Positions 46,606-58,941 of a stretch of 64,000 nt of DNA are shown here, in pieces. The position numbers and the translations under genes were made by a program. The notes below the pieces were generated by a model. It searched no databases and had not been told where the DNA came from. It saw only the letters and a list, made by a program, of their open reading frames with translations. How positions within the stretch are numbered: the stretch's first letter is position 1; each line of letters opens with the position of its first letter. The stretch is taken from positions 5,890,001 through 5,954,000 of the forward strand of contig CM030332.1 of assembly GCA_017654855.1 (NCBI GenBank), read 5' to 3'. The DNA is from Podospora anserina. Taxonomy: Eukaryota.

Positions 46606-47984
46606 ATGGCTCTAGTTCGCGAATCGCGCGAGCATGATCGCCTGAGTTCCGCGTACTGCCCTGATATAGGGGCGGTCTCGATTGAGGTTACGCGTGAGGT
46701 AACGTTGACGGTAATTTCCTTCCTTATTCTTCGCCTGCCCTATACGGGGGCTAAGTATATATTTAGCTCGACGTTCCCAGCTTCAGGGTTACCGAGGGAT
46801 CCTGCGACCTGGCGGAGTTCAGCTCGTCATTGCCAGAAGTTGTGTCAGCCCATGCTACATTCAAGGCTGCTATGCAGCCCGATACTGATTCCGGCGATCC
46901 CTTCTACGAAGCGTGTATTGCCGAGGTTAGGGCTATTAGCCTGTGTTTCCCTAACATTATATCGGATTTCCTCCGCATCGCCTTTACGGCATGGCTAGCG
47001 TTTGCTTGCATCATGGATGATATCCTCGAAGTAATGCCCTTACAAGATAGGGAATCATCGCTTCTCGAGTGTATTCAGATTATAAAGAATAGTAGGAATC
47101 GGTCACCCAGCTCCTTTAATATAGATACTTAATGCTAACATAACATGTCAATAGCTTTGTCTTACATGCCGCCGCATCTAGTTCCAATAACCGCTCAATG
47201 CCGTGACGAGCGTATCCAAAACATAACACGCCTTCTGTATAACCACTGCGTACATTATCTGCGCCAGGCGAGCGCTCATGCCTTTTTCGAAGCTGTGTGC
47301 GCCGTACTTGAGGCTCATGTCGACGAGGTTCGCTTCCTTCAGGGCAGAATCCCCAACAATTTCTCCACTTACATGTCCATTCGAAGCCGGACTATTGCGC
47401 TGAATCCCTTCTTTGAAGTCATTAAGACTGAGTTTCTAGCCGAAACAGAGTGGCGGTCCAATAATGCCTGGGAGAAACTACAACTCGAAGTCTCACGCGT
47501 AGCTGGGCTGCAGAACGATCTCATAGGGCTGGCTCGAGACCTCAAAGACGGAGAGCAACTAAACGCTATTACCGTTCTGATGCGTTCGTATGGACGAATC
47601 GACAAAGCCGAGCTAAACTCAGCATTATTGTCTTGGTGTATTGCCGAGGTCAGCGCCGAACACAACCAGGGTATTACCCGATGTCTTTATCACGCATCAC
47701 AACTTCATCTAGCGGCCAAGGAGCTAGGGTTGCAAGGCGCGGCTATGGATAGAACAGAGGTTGTCGTGCGACATATTCTCCTACTGTGTGAGACACATCT
47801 GAAATGGTGTGCTTCCTCGAAGCGATATGGCGTGAAATCCTGTATTTCTCAGAGACACAGCATCCATCCAGATTCTCCTTTTCCAGCCACCGTTTACGAT
47901 TTGTATACTCGAGTTGCGACGGAGGGCAACATCGGCACCACGAGCGATAGCAGGACCGAGCCGCAGCTCGAAGGTTCTGTATAA
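46606..47984 (+). CDS. Class I terpene synthase (sesquiterpene-cyclase-like), about 3 exons
   Basis: Asp-rich CIMDDILE, pyrophosphate-sensor Arg in YMSIRSRTI, NSE-like QNDLIGLARD and WCASSKRY. Introns at ~46690-46766 and ~47092-47154 (boundaries approximate). Confidence 0.85.
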
Positions 47985-49089
47985 CGTTGCAAGGTTAGTT
48001 TTCACATCTATTCTTATACCGCATTAGTGCTCATAGAAGCGTCTCAGCCTCTAGCTCCTCCAGTGGTGGGAAAGTCATATCGGATCGGCCGTTCATCAGA
48101 CCCGCCATCGCTAGGTCTACGGCCGCATCGGTGGGCCTGTGGCGTGGTTTGCGAATTCAAGGAGTACTGGACCTGTCTGGGCGACTTTCTTACGTACTTG
48201 AATGGTAATGTAGTCCCAGTTAGTCACCTCCCGCTGTGGTTTTGGTGGGCCTGTCAGTTCTGTCAGGGTTAGATAGCTTACCTAGACTATAACAAACCCA
48301 CATTATCTACTGTAGTTTGTGCATAAGGTACCACTGGTACCTGTAGTGGCGTGAGGAGTTTAGGTCCTTCCGGCGCCGGCGGCATGCCACTTTCACCCAC
48401 TTCACACGAAAAAGGTAACGACAGCATTTGTGTACTAATCATGTACGGGGGCGGCAGCAGAGAGGTAGCATATGACTCCACAAAAGGGGACCGCATCGAA
48501 GCGCGCCGCAAGGCCGGTTTCCCGTGGCCAGGACTCAGGAAGCAGTTCATCCGTTAGTGGTCACGCTGTGAGCGCCGTACCTTGCTTACATCAGCGCTGG
48601 CGCTGGTGTTTGTTTGTTTGTCTGTCGCGGGGAGAAAAGGAAAAGAAGGCGGATCCCGAAGCACCCGCCGACCGACCGACAGACCGGACAAGAGAGAAAA
48701 GAAGCGGTGATGTGTTGTTACTTTTCGGTCGTTGTCTTGGGGACACTCAGAGCAGGTTGGCGGGCGGAAGGAGTCCAATTGTCACACGGCAAAAGACCAA
48801 CCACCACCGACCACGACCAACAGCACCGCCATTACCACCGCAAGGAGGGGTAACTGCAAGTTGTTAACCTCTCGTCAAAGAGTGAGGCAGGCAATCAGAG
48901 GCATGGCGGGTATCAAGGAATCTCACTGGCCCAGTAGGATATTGGAGGACTTGGCAGAAGCCTGAGGCCAACAAGGGCACGGGCCATGCGAGGGAGGATA
49001 AAATACGCGTTCAGGATCACCAAGACTTTATTTCCTTAGTATACGGCATGAGGAAGGTCAGAGGAGGCTGTGTCTTCCCCATCTCTATA

Positions 49090-49639
49090 AATCGCCAGCG
49101 TGCCAGCTCTACGATCTACGCTAACGGCTAATCGACGAAGAGCTAGAAAACTCCGGAGACTCCATGGGCAAGCTAAAGGTGAAGTACCTGGTAAGGGTGA
49201 ATGGCACCGCAGTTATTTTGACCGCGTTATCCGCCGCATGGTACCTGAGCGTGATCGCCTTGCTCATATTCTGCCGCTCACCGTTCCGCTACGGAGTCAA
49301 GAAGTATCTCCGCGCTACAAGACCTTATTGCTCTTCGAACAAACGACTCCCGCGTTGCGTACCAGGAGGTATTACAGCCCATGGGTGGCCAATGTCCAGT
49401 TCCTTCTTGCACTCGACATATTGCAAGGTAAGAACAACCTGTCTCAGATTGTGACCGCTAATAACTGTATTAGCTTCCCTGCTATAGATAAATAGAAGTA
49501 TGTGTTCTAATGCTTTAAAAGTTATTATAAAGCTAAATCTGGTTCTATAGAGTTTTATTTTTAATATAGTAAGTAGGTAGCCGGTAAAAAGGATTGGGAG
49601 GACTATTATTAAGATTATATTAGTAATAGTATTATACCT
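49090..49639 (+). pseudogene. Probable C-terminal relic of a DUF3435 (Starship captain-type) tyrosine recombinase gene, RIP-degraded
   Basis: HRSYFDR...MVPERDRLA..L....LRSQE(G)ISALQDLIAL...DSRVAYQ..L.P..G.CP.PSC, then an intron, then a de-RIPed FCF.C..W....DWEDHC..H. Assignment is from memory of the family; no catalytic domain is present. Confidence 0.55.
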
Positions 49640-50083
49640 TGTCACAGTTAACCCAACGACAGGTCGCGCCACATGTGGGGCGCAGGACGTCCCTAGCCAA
49701 TCATTAGAGAAGGCAGGAGACGGCCAATCAGGGCTGGACGAAAGTGCTATGGCGCCAAGACACACGAGCACTCTGCAGGATGCAAGATGCTACGGGTGAT
49801 CAGAGGCATAGCACGACGAGCACTTTGCAGGATGCAATGTGCTATGGGTGATCGGGGCCGTAGCAGGACGAGCACCTCATGGTCCCGAGGACTATATATA
49901 CGGAGGAACTGGCTGGTGTAGATAGACAGTTCCGCAGTATGCAATTCAAGCTTGTATTCACGGTATCTAGTGTTTACATTGAGACATCTTGTTGTGCACT
50001 GTTTAGCTGCACCGAGCCACGATTATTCAGAAGTGCCTTCGACCAGTATCCCTTTCAGAGGTTCTGGATAGGGGTTCGTCACA
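49640..50083 (+). mobile_element. Solo LTR (444 bp) related to the 32227-37647 element, different U3, no TSD
   Basis: TGTCAC...GGTTCGTCACA. 49892-50083 is identical to the TATA-R-U5 part of the other LTRs. Flanks TACCT/TAATG do not match. Confidence 0.92.
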
Positions 50084-50099
50084 TAATGACTATTAATAA

Positions 50100-50360
50100 T
50101 AATGTTTATGAAGTGGAGAAGTTAATTGTAAAAGGAAAGATCGGGAAGAGGGTATAGTATAAAGTGAAGTGGGTAGGATACCCGGAGAGTAATAATAGTT
50201 AGGTAAAAAACGAGAATGTTGGTTTAAGAACTGTTATGTAATTTAGATCCGAACCCGTCTAAAAACTGTTTAAGTTTAAGAAGCTGATTATATAACGAAA
50301 GGCTGAGGGGTATATCGAGTATAAGGTTAAATAGTAAGGGTAACCGACTATTAAATTTAG
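50100..50360 (+). pseudogene. RIP-degraded tandem chromodomain coding relic
   Basis: VYEVEKLIVKGKIGKRV*YKVKWVGYPESNNS*V and a second FKKLII*RKAEGYIEYKVK**G; very TpA-rich. Confidence 0.65.
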
Positions 50361-50919
50361 GTAAAAAAGGGCGACCTTAGCCGTAAGCTTATCGACGCTT
50401 TCGATGTTAAGCTAGCCGAGGCCTAAAACTAAGCTTCAGGATAGACGTTTTATTTAGTATAAAAGAAATTAAATTATAAATAATAATCCTTCGAGGATTA
50501 TATATAAGTAATATAAAGCGTAAGCGACGTTCGTGGATTCAGGGCTAGGTAACGTATCGGCGTATACTAGATCGTGTGGTCGCCCCTTTATACCGGCTCC
50601 CAGACCTTCTCGCAGACGTTACCAATCTTCGTAGTTACCTCGCCATCCTACGATCGTAAGACCTAGTTGAGAGACGATTTAGTTTATTTAGCGGGGACGC
50701 CGAAGCCGTAACGACTTCGGAGCTATAACTTCAGCTTACGCTCTTCTATCCTTACTCTCCTATCCTAGCGCCATACTCCCAGAACTCATTCGGTCACTCC
50801 TCAAAACCCCTAATCTACAGATAGGTATGTTGGCTAGATTCGATCACCAATTAACCATCTTGTGGCTATGCAGCCCATACCTCGTAGCTTAAACGCCACT
50901 TTCGGCTACTAACCGATGT

Positions 50920-51347
50920 AGGAACTTCTCAGGTGGCGAGCGGCAGCGTATCCTACTCTCTCGCCTATTTCTCAACAAAACTGCCAAGGTCAAGCTTATT
51001 GACGAAGGGACTAGTGCCTTGGACGCTGAGACCGAGGCGGGTATCAAGCAGAGTATCGAGGAAGGGCTTGCCGATGAGACGGTGATACTCGTTGCGTGAG
51101 TCTCCTTCCCCCAACTAACTTCGATGTGCTTCAACTAATTATCCCTATCTGGTGTCTCAGGCATCGGTTATCCTCCATCAGGCACGCCGATCTGATCTTC
51201 GTGTTCGGCACAAACGGTAAGATCATGGAATACGGCACTCACGATGAGCTTGTGGCAAAGGATGGCGAGTATGCCAAGTTGTGGAAGATGCACATTGGTG
51301 AGAAGATCGGGGGGGACACTGGTAATCTCATTGACGTGTCAGCCTAA
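50920..51347 (+). pseudogene. ABC transporter (ABCB-type) NBD C-terminal fragment
   Basis: FSGGERQR signature, IDEGTSALD Walker B/D-loop, VA|HRLSSI H-loop across intron 51096-51160, EYGTHDEL. No Walker A or TMD seen. Confidence 0.8.
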
Positions 51348-52261
51348 GTCAGGGGCACCCGGGGGTGGAGATCACTGTCAGAGTCAGACATTGCATCTGC
51401 TTCTCGCTTGCGCCTGGTTTGAACTCGATGACGTGCGCTGCGCCGCACAGGGTGGGCTGGCTCTGGCTGCTCCACATCCTCCTTGGCTACCACTTCTTCC
51501 TCCACCACCCTCCCTTCAATGCGGGCCTCTTCCAGTTTACAGAGCCTCACAAACTTGGAATTCGAGTTTTCTCTATTTAACTTGCGCCTTTTTCTTGCCT
51601 CCTGGGCCTTCTGGGCGTTCTGTTGGTGCTTTGCCGCATCAGCTTTGTGGATCGATGCCTCAGATCTCAATGTACTGGTGAGAGTCCTTGCCGCAAGCCG
51701 TTTTCCGGCCGGCGTATGGTTCTTGAGTGGGAATCCCCCACGGTATGGAAAGTAGGTGTTTTTGAAGAGAGATCCAACAATCCTGTCCCACGCCAGCCGC
51801 CGGCAATATTTTCTTTCAGCCGGACAGCTAGGCCGATAAGTTCCTTCCGACGGACTTCGGTTCGCCGATACGAGCATCGCATGCCGAGCGAGTGGCTGAC
51901 GTCTCTGAAAATAAGTTAGCAATCTCTACGTCAACAGAGTATTCTGAATCCGGGTGAGTAGGGCTGCCGAGGACGCTAAGCTACTTACGTAACTTAACCG
52001 TTCTCGGGGAAACAGAAATTCCGGGAGAGACCTGCAACAGGTGGGCTGCAACCTCTTTCTGCCGCCCGCTTTTCTTCTGCTACATGTTACTTCGACCTGG
52101 CGACGCAGCCTCCACCTTCTTATTCCAACATTCGCCTTGACCCCGTCTTTGCATTTCCCGCCTTGGCGAAGAGTTTATCGTTTTACTAGCTCACTGTTTC
52201 GCCCGTTTACTGCCTGTCTAATCTCGTTTTACTTCCCAACGCTCTCTCTGCCTCACTATCG

Positions 52262-53891
52262 ATGCCAGCCTCCGACGTTGTCACGGATCTGACCGTATGC
52301 ATCTTTTCTCAGACAGTTACTCCCACCACATGCGAACCGGACCCGCGATTATGGCACCGTATAGAGAAAGAGCTCCACCTATATACAGCTCAGCAGAGTG
52401 CATGGCTGTATGTAGCGCTAGCGAATGAGGAAGAGCTTACAGCTGAGGACCTGCTGGTTATGAATATCAGAGTCGGCGATGCGCCTCCCAACCCTAGCTC
52501 AGGTCGTTCATGGGAAAGTCGACCTGGCGGAATCTGGGTGCTAAGAAGCAAGTTCTCTGGCATGATCGACCAGGCTGTGACAGAGGTGGACGTTCTCTTT
52601 GGTATGGATGCCGTTGACCCACGACCACAATGGGCTCTCATGCGATCATCGCTCCAACTGAACGCTCAGCCGAAGGTACCGGTTGCAAGACTGAGCGTAC
52701 TCCACGGCAGGGCCAAGCCGATACCAGATGCTCGGGCGGCTTTAAGAGTCAGGGAGGATGGCAAATTCAAGATTGTGCAGATCTCTGACACGCACATGGT
52801 CACCGGTGTCGGGGTATGCAAAGATGCTATTGATGCCCATGAGAACAACCTGCCAGAGAGCGAGGCTGACCCACTTACGGTGGACTTCATTGGAAAGATA
52901 TTGGATGTCGAGAAACCAGACCTTGTGATTCTTACTGGAGATCAGTTGCACCACGACATCCCCGACAGCCAATCTGCCCTCTTCAAGGTGGTTGCTCCTA
53001 TCATCGAGCGTTCAATCCCATTCGCAGCCATCTTTGGCAATCATGACAGTGAAGGCATCCACGCATTATCACGTGAGTAACTTCTTTTAATAAGCTGGGT
53101 CTTGGGAATGATAGCTGTTTATTCTTGCTGACTATATTACAGGTACGGCACAGATGTCGATACTTCAGAACCTGCCTTTTAGCCTCTGTGAGTCAGGCCC
53201 AGAGCATGTTGACGGCATAGGCAACTTCTACCTTCAGGTCCTGGCTCCCGCGCCGTCACAACTCCCGTTAGCGACTTTATATTTCCTGGATTCGCACGGT
53301 CAAATACCGAGCAATATACACAATCCCGACTATGACCCTATCAAGCAGAGCCAAATTAACTGGTTCACTGACACTTCCCAAGCGCAACGAAGCGCGCGTA
53401 AGAAGGGCGATAACGACAACCGCTTTCATCTGTCTCTAGCTTTCCTACACATCCCTCTTCCCGAGTTCGGCGACCCCCGTCTTAGTATACGCAACGGCCA
53501 CCGGAGGGAACCGTCTGAAACTCCCAGCTTCAACTCCCATTTCTACGACGCTTTGGTCAAAGGAGGCATATCAGCATTAGGCTGCGGGCACGATCACGTG
53601 AATGACTTTTGCGCTCTGCTGCCACAACAAACGCAGCAGGATGGCGACGAAACCCCTCGGCCTGGCCTTTGGCTATGCTATGGAGGTAGCAGTGGGTTCG
53701 GGGGATATTGTTCATATGGCGGAATGCGATTTCACCGACGAACGCGTGTTTGGGAACTCGATACGAGTACCGGGAGCTTGAAGACTTGGAAGCGGGTCGA
53801 ATATGCCATGGATAGGGTTGATGAGCTGATACTTGTGGAAAGTGGAGCGGTGGTTGATCCTCTGGGGAAGATGATGATAGAAGCTATGTAA
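52262..53891 (+). CDS. DCR2: Calcineurin-like metallophosphoesterase, Dcr2-like
   Basis: KFKIVQISDTH, PDLVILTGDQ, FGNHD, FLHIPLPEF, CGHDHVND and GFGGY; intron GTGAGT(53074)..CAG(~53142). Confidence 0.88.
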
Positions 53892-54073
53892 CGTAATAAT
53901 GCGGCACACCCATCCTTCAGTATAGCTCCCAGTTACTTAAATAAAACGTAAATACAGGGTTACAACCACCTATGAGGATCAGTTATTATTGAATTAATCC
54001 TTCCGGGTGGGTGTATATATTTTATGCTTCTTTCGATATCGTCTCAACAAAGCAAGCCTTGTACCCCATCAAG

Positions 54074-55180
54074 CTACTCGTTAATTTCATCCTTCCCCAT
54101 TAACTCTTCTATTTTTTCCCGTAGTTTATTAGCTTCCTCCTTCCGGCCCCAAACTCGAAGCCAACCCTCCAGAACACTCATGAATTCAGGGACCCAAGAA
54201 TGTTGTATTCCCCACTCGTCCACAATCATCCGTATCGCCTCTCGCATGGTCTGCTCTGCTGCCAGAGTCTTCCCTTGGTTAAACTGACTGCGAGAAACGA
54301 TTTTCAGAGATTCTATCCTCTCGACAATTCTCCCAGTATATATCTTATATCCCTGAAGTAGCGGAAGGACTTTCAGCGCCATCTCCTTCGCTTTATTATG
54401 ACGTCCCTGTCTATTTAAATTATGCGCCAGGTTGAGCATCACCCGCGGGGTCGGGAGTCTAGGAATGCCTCCGAACTGAGCAAGGAGATCCCGAAGAAGC
54501 CGTTCTTCTTCAAGATGATTTGTAACCACGCGCTTTATGTAATCGAGACGAACAGACACAGCGAGTCGACTAAACGTTCCGAGTTCGCTATCAAAAATAT
54601 CAGTAGTGCATTTCCAAATTTGCGCCATAGCCTGGTCGAGAGAATCCGAGTCTAGTTCACCGAGAAGCCGACATATTTGACCCCAAGGATGCCCCTTCCT
54701 GATAACTTTTGCGGACATACTTTTAATGTAGTCACAGAGAGAAGAAGTTACTTCAGGGAGCCCGGTTTGTATGAGGTGGATGAACACTTCGAGAAAGCAG
54801 GCTAGGGTTCGAGGATGCTCGGCTCGAAGGATTTGTTCGATAAGAGCAGAGGCTTTGGAAAGTGCGCGGCGAAACTCGACGTACAACCCCTTTTTTATAA
54901 GCATAGTAGCAGTAACGCAGTACGAGTCGAAATCGTTACATAGAGCATTATCCAGCTTAGCGCCATTTGGAGTGAGGAGGTTCCCATGGTTGTCGAAGTT
55001 CATATTTCGACAGGAGTTCTCAAAATACACCTTAATATTATGGAACAGATACTCAGAAATCAACAGAGCCTGAGGTGGAGACAGTGAATGCGGATCGGAG
55101 AAGAATCCTCGGACGTTGACTAAGGAAGTACGGGTGCTCGGCCTGAAACTGCTGGGAGTCCTCGGTCGCTGCAAGAGCAT
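54074..55180 (-). CDS. Helical-repeat (TPR-like) protein, possibly 5'-truncated
   Basis: 368-aa ORF with C-terminal TPR-like VMLNLAHNLNRQGRHNKAKEM...LEGWLRVWGRKEEA. Confidence 0.6.
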   Translation of the reverse strand: MLLQRPRTPSSFRPSTRTSLVNVRGFFSDPHSLSPPQALLISEYLFHNIKVYFENSCRNMNFDNHGNLLTPNGAKLDNALCNDFDSYCVTATMLIKKGLYVEFRRALSKASALIEQILRAEHPRTLACFLEVFIHLIQTGLPEVTSSLCDYIKSMSAKVIRKGHPWGQICRLLGELDSDSLDQAMAQIWKCTTDIFDSELGTFSRLAVSVRLDYIKRVVTNHLEEERLLRDLLAQFGGIPRLPTPRVMLNLAHNLNRQGRHNKAKEMALKVLPLLQGYKIYTGRIVERIESLKIVSRSQFNQGKTLAAEQTMREAIRMIVDEWGIQHSWVPEFMSVLEGWLRVWGRKEEANKLREKIEELMGKDEINE

Positions 55181-55559
55181 GTGTGTCTCGTCGACGAAGG
55201 AGTATTCCGCTAATACAGTCCGGCCTCGTTAATTTAGCTTCCTTTGAAGGCCTATGAAGAGGAGAACTGACCTAGATTTGTTGAAGCTTGTGCAAGAGTT
55301 TGTTCGCCGACTTGACTATCACTTCCTATTGCATTACAAAAATCTGCAGGACAAATTGGCTGTGTTATAAACGCTTCTGTGCCGGTACCTAATTTAGAGG
55401 TCATTACTATGAGTTTATTATCAGTATTAACGTTACTTACCTGTATGTGTAAGGCTCTGGACCGTGGAAGATAAGGCAAGGTCGGTAGGTTGTGCTGAAC
55501 TGGAAACGCCGGCGGAAGCTAATTTGACGGGATTTAGTAGCCAGCTCTTTTATGAACAA

Positions 55560-55946
55560 TTAAAAGTCGACTTCACCTTTGAACTGCTGGCTATATCGTT
55601 TCATAAAGCGCTGGCACCATTTGTAACCGACGGTCGGTGCAGGGCAATCGCCAATGTGGTCGCGTTCGAGGATTTGATTTGCGATTCGTTTGATGTTATG
55701 GTGGTCACGTTGAGAGATCCGATTCAGTATCTCCCTCTCTTGCAGTTCGGTGAGCTTTTTACCAGCTGGCTTGCGAGTGCTACGCGAAGGTTTGCCGAGA
55801 TAGCGCCATCGAAGGCGATCGTAGGGGATGCCGAATTGGCGCGCTAATTTAGAAAGATTCGGTTCAGGATGCTTGCTAACTGAACTAAGGGCTTCGGCGA
55901 TTTTAGATTCTACCTGAATATATTGCGAGGCTGATCTAGAAGGCAT
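55560..55946 (-). mobile_element. pogo-type transposase N-terminal DNA-binding relic (HTH-psq + CENP-B HTH)
   Basis: NLSKLARQFGIPYDRLRWRYLG, KKLTELQE and IANQIL...TVGYKWCQRFMKRY; no DDE domain. Confidence 0.7.
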
Positions 55947-56101
55947 TTTGAGGTATTCCCATTGAGGCGTTTTCGTTGACATACTGAGATGTCTTTTAGA
56001 ATGAGGTGTCCTTTGCAACGAGATGTCATTCACATTCAGCTATATCAGCCGTCGTGGAGAGTCGAGCCTTGGCACGCTAGCCATATCCGGTAGTGGCACC
56101 T

Positions 56102-56190
56102 TTTGCATTGAGGTGTCTTGCATTGAGGTGTCTTGCATTGAAGTGTCTTGCATTGAGATGTCTTGTATTGAGGTGTCCTGCGTTGGGATG
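56102..56190. repeat. 15-bp tandem repeat TTGCATTGAGGTGTC x~6
   Basis: Directly visible. Confidence 0.92.
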
Positions 56191-56212
56191 TCCAGCCCCG
56201 CTTCGGAACAAG

Positions 56213-56744
56213 ATGCACGTTGGTTCGCAGAGATCGCTCCACGACAGAGGCACAACGATCTGTATCGGCTCGCGATCCATGCCAGCAGACGTCTAGCCAG
56301 TTTTGGTCGCTGGATTCTGACCTGGCTGAGTGCTCTAGTGGTCAATGGCTTCGTTCTGTTGTACCGGCAGCGTGAAAGCCCGGCTGCCATGTTGGATATG
56401 CTCTAACGCCCCTCCCCTACTTCTACCCCTAGCATCCTCGAAATATTCTCTGCACCCTAAGTTATCCTCGTAATTCTCTCCTCTGTGATGTCTTTCGATG
56501 GGCCATTTATCGAATCTTATAGAGCATTAGCATCGCGTTCGTATCACAACGCAAAGCGAGGCATTGCCTGTATCTGTGAGGGGCTTACATTCCACGGAGA
56601 GGCAACTAAATATCTGTTTGTATTTATGCTCTTCGCCTTCGGCCTGTGCTATGCGTTTCTCATAAGTTTGCTGCCCCGCCTCTTACTCTACCTCTTCGAT
56701 TGGTAAACGCAAGGACCCAGACACCTTGTCGAGATTTGAACCCC
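56213..56744 (+). repeat. Partner of 44861-45362
   Basis: Direct alignment. Confidence 0.92.
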
Positions 56745-57016
56745 ATGAACTAAGATCTGGGTACCGGTCCGGCGAGCATAAGAATGTCCCTTTCCCTGTC
56801 AACAACTCCAGAATCACCATCACATCCCGTACTGTCTTTGTCTCCATTCCAGCAATTGCACCTTCCATAGATTCTGACCATGTCGAATAGAGACCAGGAC
56901 GACAATTGGTCGAAGCGCCAACCTCCTCCGAACTCACCGGTAAGTTGCCCCTGTGCCAACTGACTGAGGCTGGACTAACAAGAGGAGCAGTCCGGACCTC
57001 ACTCGCTCGAACTAGC

Positions 57017-58435
57017 ATGTCTCAGCTTACGGATTTTATAATTCCGAGGCTAGATTTCCTCTGGTCTGTGAAGTTCTGGGCTATTTTCCACACAATTATC
57101 TGGTATATTCACATGTTAACTAGCACCGATTTTTCTGAAATTCGCAGAGGCTAACGATGCTGGTTTTCAGGCTTCATCGCTACGTCCGCCTCATTGTTCA
57201 TTGCATCAGCCATTGGACGTACAAATCTATAACTCCAAATTGGGAAAAACCAAGATACACGTCAAACGACGTCACGGTGATCATCCCCACCATTCACAAT
57301 CGCCCTCAAGAGCTTCGGCAGTCTCTAGAGAGCATTCTCGCCTGCAGACCGGCCAAACTGATTCTTGTTACCACCTGGAACAAGCATGAGGCGTTGGAGA
57401 AGGCTGCTTCAGCCCTCTGCAGCATACATCCAACCGTGATCGAGGTTTTGCACGTCGACAAGGCCAACAAGCGGCTCCAAGTGTGCAGGGCGATCGAGGG
57501 AGATCATGTCCAGACACCCATCACGGTTATGGCTGACGACGACGTAGAATGGCCTTCGACCCTTATGCCCTGGCTTTTGGCGCCATTCGAGGACAACAGG
57601 ATGGGCGGAGTTGGGACATGCCAGAGGGTGAAGCGTGTGGATGGCGATTTGACAACGCGCATCTTTAATTGGCTCGGAGCGGCCTATATCGAGAGGAGGA
57701 ACTTTGAAATCTCAGCGACCCACAATATCGACGGCGGAACCTCTTGCATGTCGGGACGCACCGGCGCCTATCGAACCGAGATTCTCAAGAGTTACGATTT
57801 TTTTGGGGGGTTCAAAAACGAAAAATGGGGCAAGTACATCCTAAATGCGGACGACGACAACTATGTGACACGATGGCTCGTGGCGCAGAGATGGAAGACG
57901 TGGATCCAGTACGAAAATGAGTGCGAAATTGAGACCACGCTTGAAAACGGGTTCAAGTTTTTATATCAATGTTCCCGCTGGGCGAGAAGCAATTGGAGGA
58001 GCAACTGGACCAGCCTTGTGCATGAAAAACATGTGCTTACGTATGACAATCCCTCTTCCCTCACCACCCACAAAATGCTGACTACATCCACACGACAGTC
58101 AGCAAATCTGGTGCACATATGCGCTTCACTTTGCCACTTTCACCTCGCTTGCCTTTGTTGTCGATCCCCTTCTGCTTTTCTCGTGCTGGTGGGCGACGGA
58201 GAACTGGGAACTTAAGAACCGCTATATCCTCCTCACTGCAGAAATAATATTCATGTTTTGTTTCACGAAAGTGGTAAAACTGGTTGGGCTGTTTCGCAGA
58301 AAACCGAGTAGTATCATGTTCTTACCGGTGTCCATTCTGTTCGGCTGGTTCCACGGGTTTATTAAGCTATACGCTCTGTTTACGCTCAAGCAGACATCGT
58401 GGGGTAGCCGTGAGGATGGCGACGAGCACAACTAG
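57017..58435 (+). CDS. cps1: GT2 polysaccharide synthase, Cps1-like, 3 exons (C-tail possibly clipped by CAG>TAG)
   Basis: DVTVIIPT, ADDDVEWP, SCMSGRTGAYRTEIL, DDDNYVTRW, QCSRWARSNWR and TSWGSR; introns 57102-57170 and 58041-~58098. Confidence 0.88.
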
Positions 58436-58621
58436 TTCCGTCTCCAAGGGAAGCCCATTCGCAGCCAAGCGATGGCCACGCCGGTGGTGCCAGACCTTCG
58501 CGACTCTGTACAGCCTGCGCAGTACCAACAAGCCCGCGAAGCGTAGGCGGCTAACAACGGGCAGAGCTGTGGGAGGTAAATTTTAACAAGACCTTAACCA
58601 GGTCGAGAAGGAGACTCAGAT

Positions 58622-58941
58622 TAGATTGAACATTTCTGGCTAGATCCTGGCGAAGATGTAGCTTAACATCAAGGGGGACTTTTTGGAGCCCCTCGTCATA
58701 AAGATCTGCTCTTCTTTCGTCGAATATTTCCGAATTAAGAGATGTTCGTGACAAATCTTGGAAGGCAGATGACGAGGGCCCCGACGCCTTCTATGCAACA
58801 TCAACAAAACATTTACCAAGCCCGCAATCTGGGGAAGCTTCCAAGCTGGCTAGTGATTTTAACTCCTTGCTCTCACCCTCTGCTTACTAGAGTATCAACA
58901 TTTATCTCACTGCTTCACCTGCATAATTGTGGCTGGTGAAC
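58622..58941 (+). repeat. Third, multiply deleted copy of the 209-2671 block
   Basis: Pieces match ~290-330, ~345-410 and ~465-567, then jump to ~1617-1670. Confidence 0.85.

Noticed and set aside
51984-52040. Possible pogo-type TIR start (TACGTAACTTAACCG...)
   Set aside because: No matching inverted partner found in the window
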